Assembly: GCA_965203485.1 (NCBI GenBank)
Contig: OZ241892.1
Coordinates: 1,280,001 to 1,344,000, forward strand
Direction of reading: 5' to 3'
Length of the DNA stretch: 64,000 bases
Source of the DNA: Longimicrobiales bacterium
GTDB lineage: Bacteria; Gemmatimonadota; Gemmatimonadetes; Longimicrobiales; Gaopeijiaceae
The notes under the pieces were generated by a model. That model ran no database searches, was not told the origin of the DNA, and worked only from the letters and a program-made list of their open reading frames with translations. The translations under genes and the position numbers were made by a program. Each line of letters starts with the position of its first letter. The first letter of the stretch is position 1. Positions 62,040-64,000 of this stretch are shown here, piece after piece.

Positions 62040-63503
62040 CTATGCGCCCCGCGTCTTGCGCCGCTTCGGAACCAAGCGGGCCAGGAGACCGAAAGCGCGT
62101 CGCGCGACGGCGAGCGTCCAGCGCCCCCCGCGCGCCGCGGCCCCCAACAGTGCGCGAATCCAGTACGCCGTAGCAGGCATCAAGCGAGCGGCGGCGGCAG
62201 GCGGAAGCGGCGAGGCCGGAGCTGTTCGACGCGCGTCCGCCGTCGAGGACGCCGGCCGCTTCCGCGTCTCGGGCGCGCCTTCGTCGAGCGCGAGACTTGG
62301 TTGCCGCTTCCCGTCGCGTCCGGCCCGCTTCTTGGCTCTCTTCATCGATTCTGCCGCGCGCATTCGGCGCTCCGCGTCGTCCGCTGCCGAGGCCAGGGCC
62401 GAGAAGGAGCGGCCGGCGTCGGCCACGGTTGTTCCAAGCTGTTCCGCCCGCCCCACGAACGCGTCCAGCGAGCCGCCGAGGCGCTGGGCCGTCTGCTGCA
62501 ACGCCGCGGAGGCGGCTTCCGCGCTGTGGGCGGCGTGCTCGCCGAGGTCCGACACGGCGTGGTGCAAGCGGGCGATCTCCTGCTGCAGGGCGCGCGCCTG
62601 CCCCACCGCGCCGTCCATGGCCGCCGTCGCCTCGTTGCTGGCCTTCGAGAGCCCCGCGCGCGCCTGCTGGGAGGCGTCGCTCATGGCGCTCACGTTGCGC
62701 TGGACGCGTCCCAGCGCGCCGCCCAGCGCCTCGGCCTCTCCGCTCAGGTCCGCGATACCTCGCTTGGCTCCGTTCATGAGCTCGCGAAATCCGGAAGCCG
62801 CGCCGCCCAGCTCGGCCACCGAGTCCTTGAAGTCGCCGGCGCCGCTCGCAAGGTCGCGTGCCGTCTCGGTCACCTTCGCCGAGTACTCGCCCAAGGTCTT
62901 GGCGGTCGATGCGGCCCGCTTCGCGGATCCGGCGATGTGGTCGCCGGTCTTCTGAACTTCGCGCGCCGACGTGCGCAGATGGCCCATGATGTCTTCCATG
63001 CTCTGCGCGCCGCTGACCACGTTGCGCTTCATGTCGTCGATGGCCTCGGCCAAGCCGTGGGTCGCTTCCGCGACTACGTCGCCGGGAGACGCTTGGAACA
63101 CCGAGAACCAAACGCGTCCTGCGAGGCCGACGATAGTGGTAACCAGCGCGATCCCCAGGTTGCCGACGAGCGACATCGTGTCGGCGATCTCGTCTTCGCC
63201 GCCCGCGCCCGCCTGCAGGGTGAACTCGATCAGGGCCGCGACCATCGACGCGAACGTGAAGAGCAAACCCAGGTAGTAGATGCAGTCGCCCTTCGTGTCG
63301 GGCCCGACGTATTCGTTGCCGCGTGCAGTAAGCGCGTAGACGCCCATCAGAACGGCCAGCGCGGAGGCGATGACCCACTCGTTCCAGCCGAGAGAACGGA
63401 AGAGCACGAGCGTCGCCGCGCCGGTCGCCAACACCGCGAACCACGTCCGGTTGTGGTCGCGCCGGCCCCGCTCCGCGCCCTCCGCGCGCTCCTGCTCGGT
63501 CAT
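62040..63503 (-). CDS. MotA/TolQ/ExbB-like (ZorA-like) membrane protein with long helical tail
   Basis: Four N-terminal hydrophobic helices including YYLGLLFT and GIALVTTIVGL, then more than 250 aa of heptad-like helix; ATGA-coupled to the upstream gene. Confidence 0.7.
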   Translation of the reverse strand: MTEQERAEGAERGRRDHNRTWFAVLATGAATLVLFRSLGWNEWVIASALAVLMGVYALTARGNEYVGPDTKGDCIYYLGLLFTFASMVAALIEFTLQAGAGGEDEIADTMSLVGNLGIALVTTIVGLAGRVWFSVFQASPGDVVAEATHGLAEAIDDMKRNVVSGAQSMEDIMGHLRTSAREVQKTGDHIAGSAKRAASTAKTLGEYSAKVTETARDLASGAGDFKDSVAELGGAASGFRELMNGAKRGIADLSGEAEALGGALGRVQRNVSAMSDASQQARAGLSKASNEATAAMDGAVGQARALQQEIARLHHAVSDLGEHAAHSAEAASAALQQTAQRLGGSLDAFVGRAEQLGTTVADAGRSFSALASAADDAERRMRAAESMKRAKKRAGRDGKRQPSLALDEGAPETRKRPASSTADARRTAPASPLPPAAAARLMPATAYWIRALLGAAARGGRWTLAVARRAFGLLARLVPKRRKTRGA

Positions 63504-64000
63504 CCCTCCACCAAGACCCAGCGGGGCCGCGCCCGCAAGTCCGCTTCCTGATCGACGAAGTAGTCCTCCCAGAACGCCTCGAGCCGGGCTCCTTGAATCC
63601 GGCCGGCGCGGTCCCGGCGGGCAAGCAGAAACACGGTCGCCTCGGCGCCGTCCAAGTCCACCCGCAGGGTTTGGTAGGCGGGATCGCCGGCGAAGGCGCC
63701 GAAGTCCGGAGTCTCCCGGAAGAAGGACAGATCGGCGGAGTGCTGAACCATGTCGGACACCATGAGCAGATGGCGCTCGATCGCGGCGTCCCTCGGCTGG
63801 AAGGCGTCGACGGACGCCGTCTGGATCGCCTCCACGATCGGCGACGCCGTGTCGCCGGCTGCGCCCAGCAGGGCTCCGAGGGCTTCCTCGACCGGGTCCA
63901 GGAATTCCCGGCGGTAGCGCCTGCGGGCAAGATCGCGGTTCACCCACAGGCTCTCCAAGCGGCCGATGCCGGCCGGGTCGCGGGGCTTGCAGATCCGATA
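63500..64000 (-). CDS. vWA-like domain protein (5' partial)
   Basis: Frame open to the window edge (YRICKPRD...); SPIVEAI and HLLMVSDMVQHS match the vWA helix and strand-Asp pattern. Confidence 0.6.
   Translation of the reverse strand, partial: YRICKPRDPAGIGRLESLWVNRDLARRRYRREFLDPVEEALGALLGAAGDTASPIVEAIQTASVDAFQPRDAAIERHLLMVSDMVQHSADLSFFRETPDFGAFAGDPAYQTLRVDLDGAEATVFLLARRDRAGRIQGARLEAFWEDYFVDQEADLRARPRWVLVEG

Noticed and set aside
60818..63503. Canonical Zorya, flagellar motAB or a chemoreceptor
   Set aside because: No OmpA-like domain, no zorC/D/E or flagellar genes visible, and no MCP hairpin signature.

Overview
Very GC-rich bacterial chromosomal segment, densely coding, with many overlapping stop/start codons. 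Gene content and protein style suggest Gemmatimonadota, possibly a host-associated lineage (inference, not verified). About 58 kb is housekeeping and envelope/metabolic genes: lepA, pruA, Mrp/ApbC, an ECF sigma/anti-sigma envelope module, ubiE/menG-type methylase, an M16 peptidase pair, mutM, purD, two trans-sulfuration enzymes, glmM-glmS-maf-glpK, a ccmEF-zinc ribbon-ccmABCD operon with Cys-type CcmE, a flavoprotein/DedA/fused glycosyltransferase trio, recA, alaS, gmhA, cca, rarA, hflX, pdxJ and ispE. The last 5.3 kb around a tRNA-Gln(UUG) is accessory. Upstream of the tRNA is a lower-GC, frameshifted HEXXH-protease plus lipoprotein pair. Downstream is an operon running off the window edge that encodes a vWA-like protein, a MotA/ExbB-like channel with a long helical tail, and a MotB-like single-TM partner with Glu in place of Asp and no OmpA domain. 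This Zorya-like but non-canonical stator module is the best candidate for an undescribed system. Notable non-coding signals are twin 36-bp operator-like elements 137 bp apart upstream of gmhA, a SigW-type promoter before the anti-sigma gene, and a tandem hairpin repeat between pruA and apbC. All calls are by eye; start codons are best estimates.
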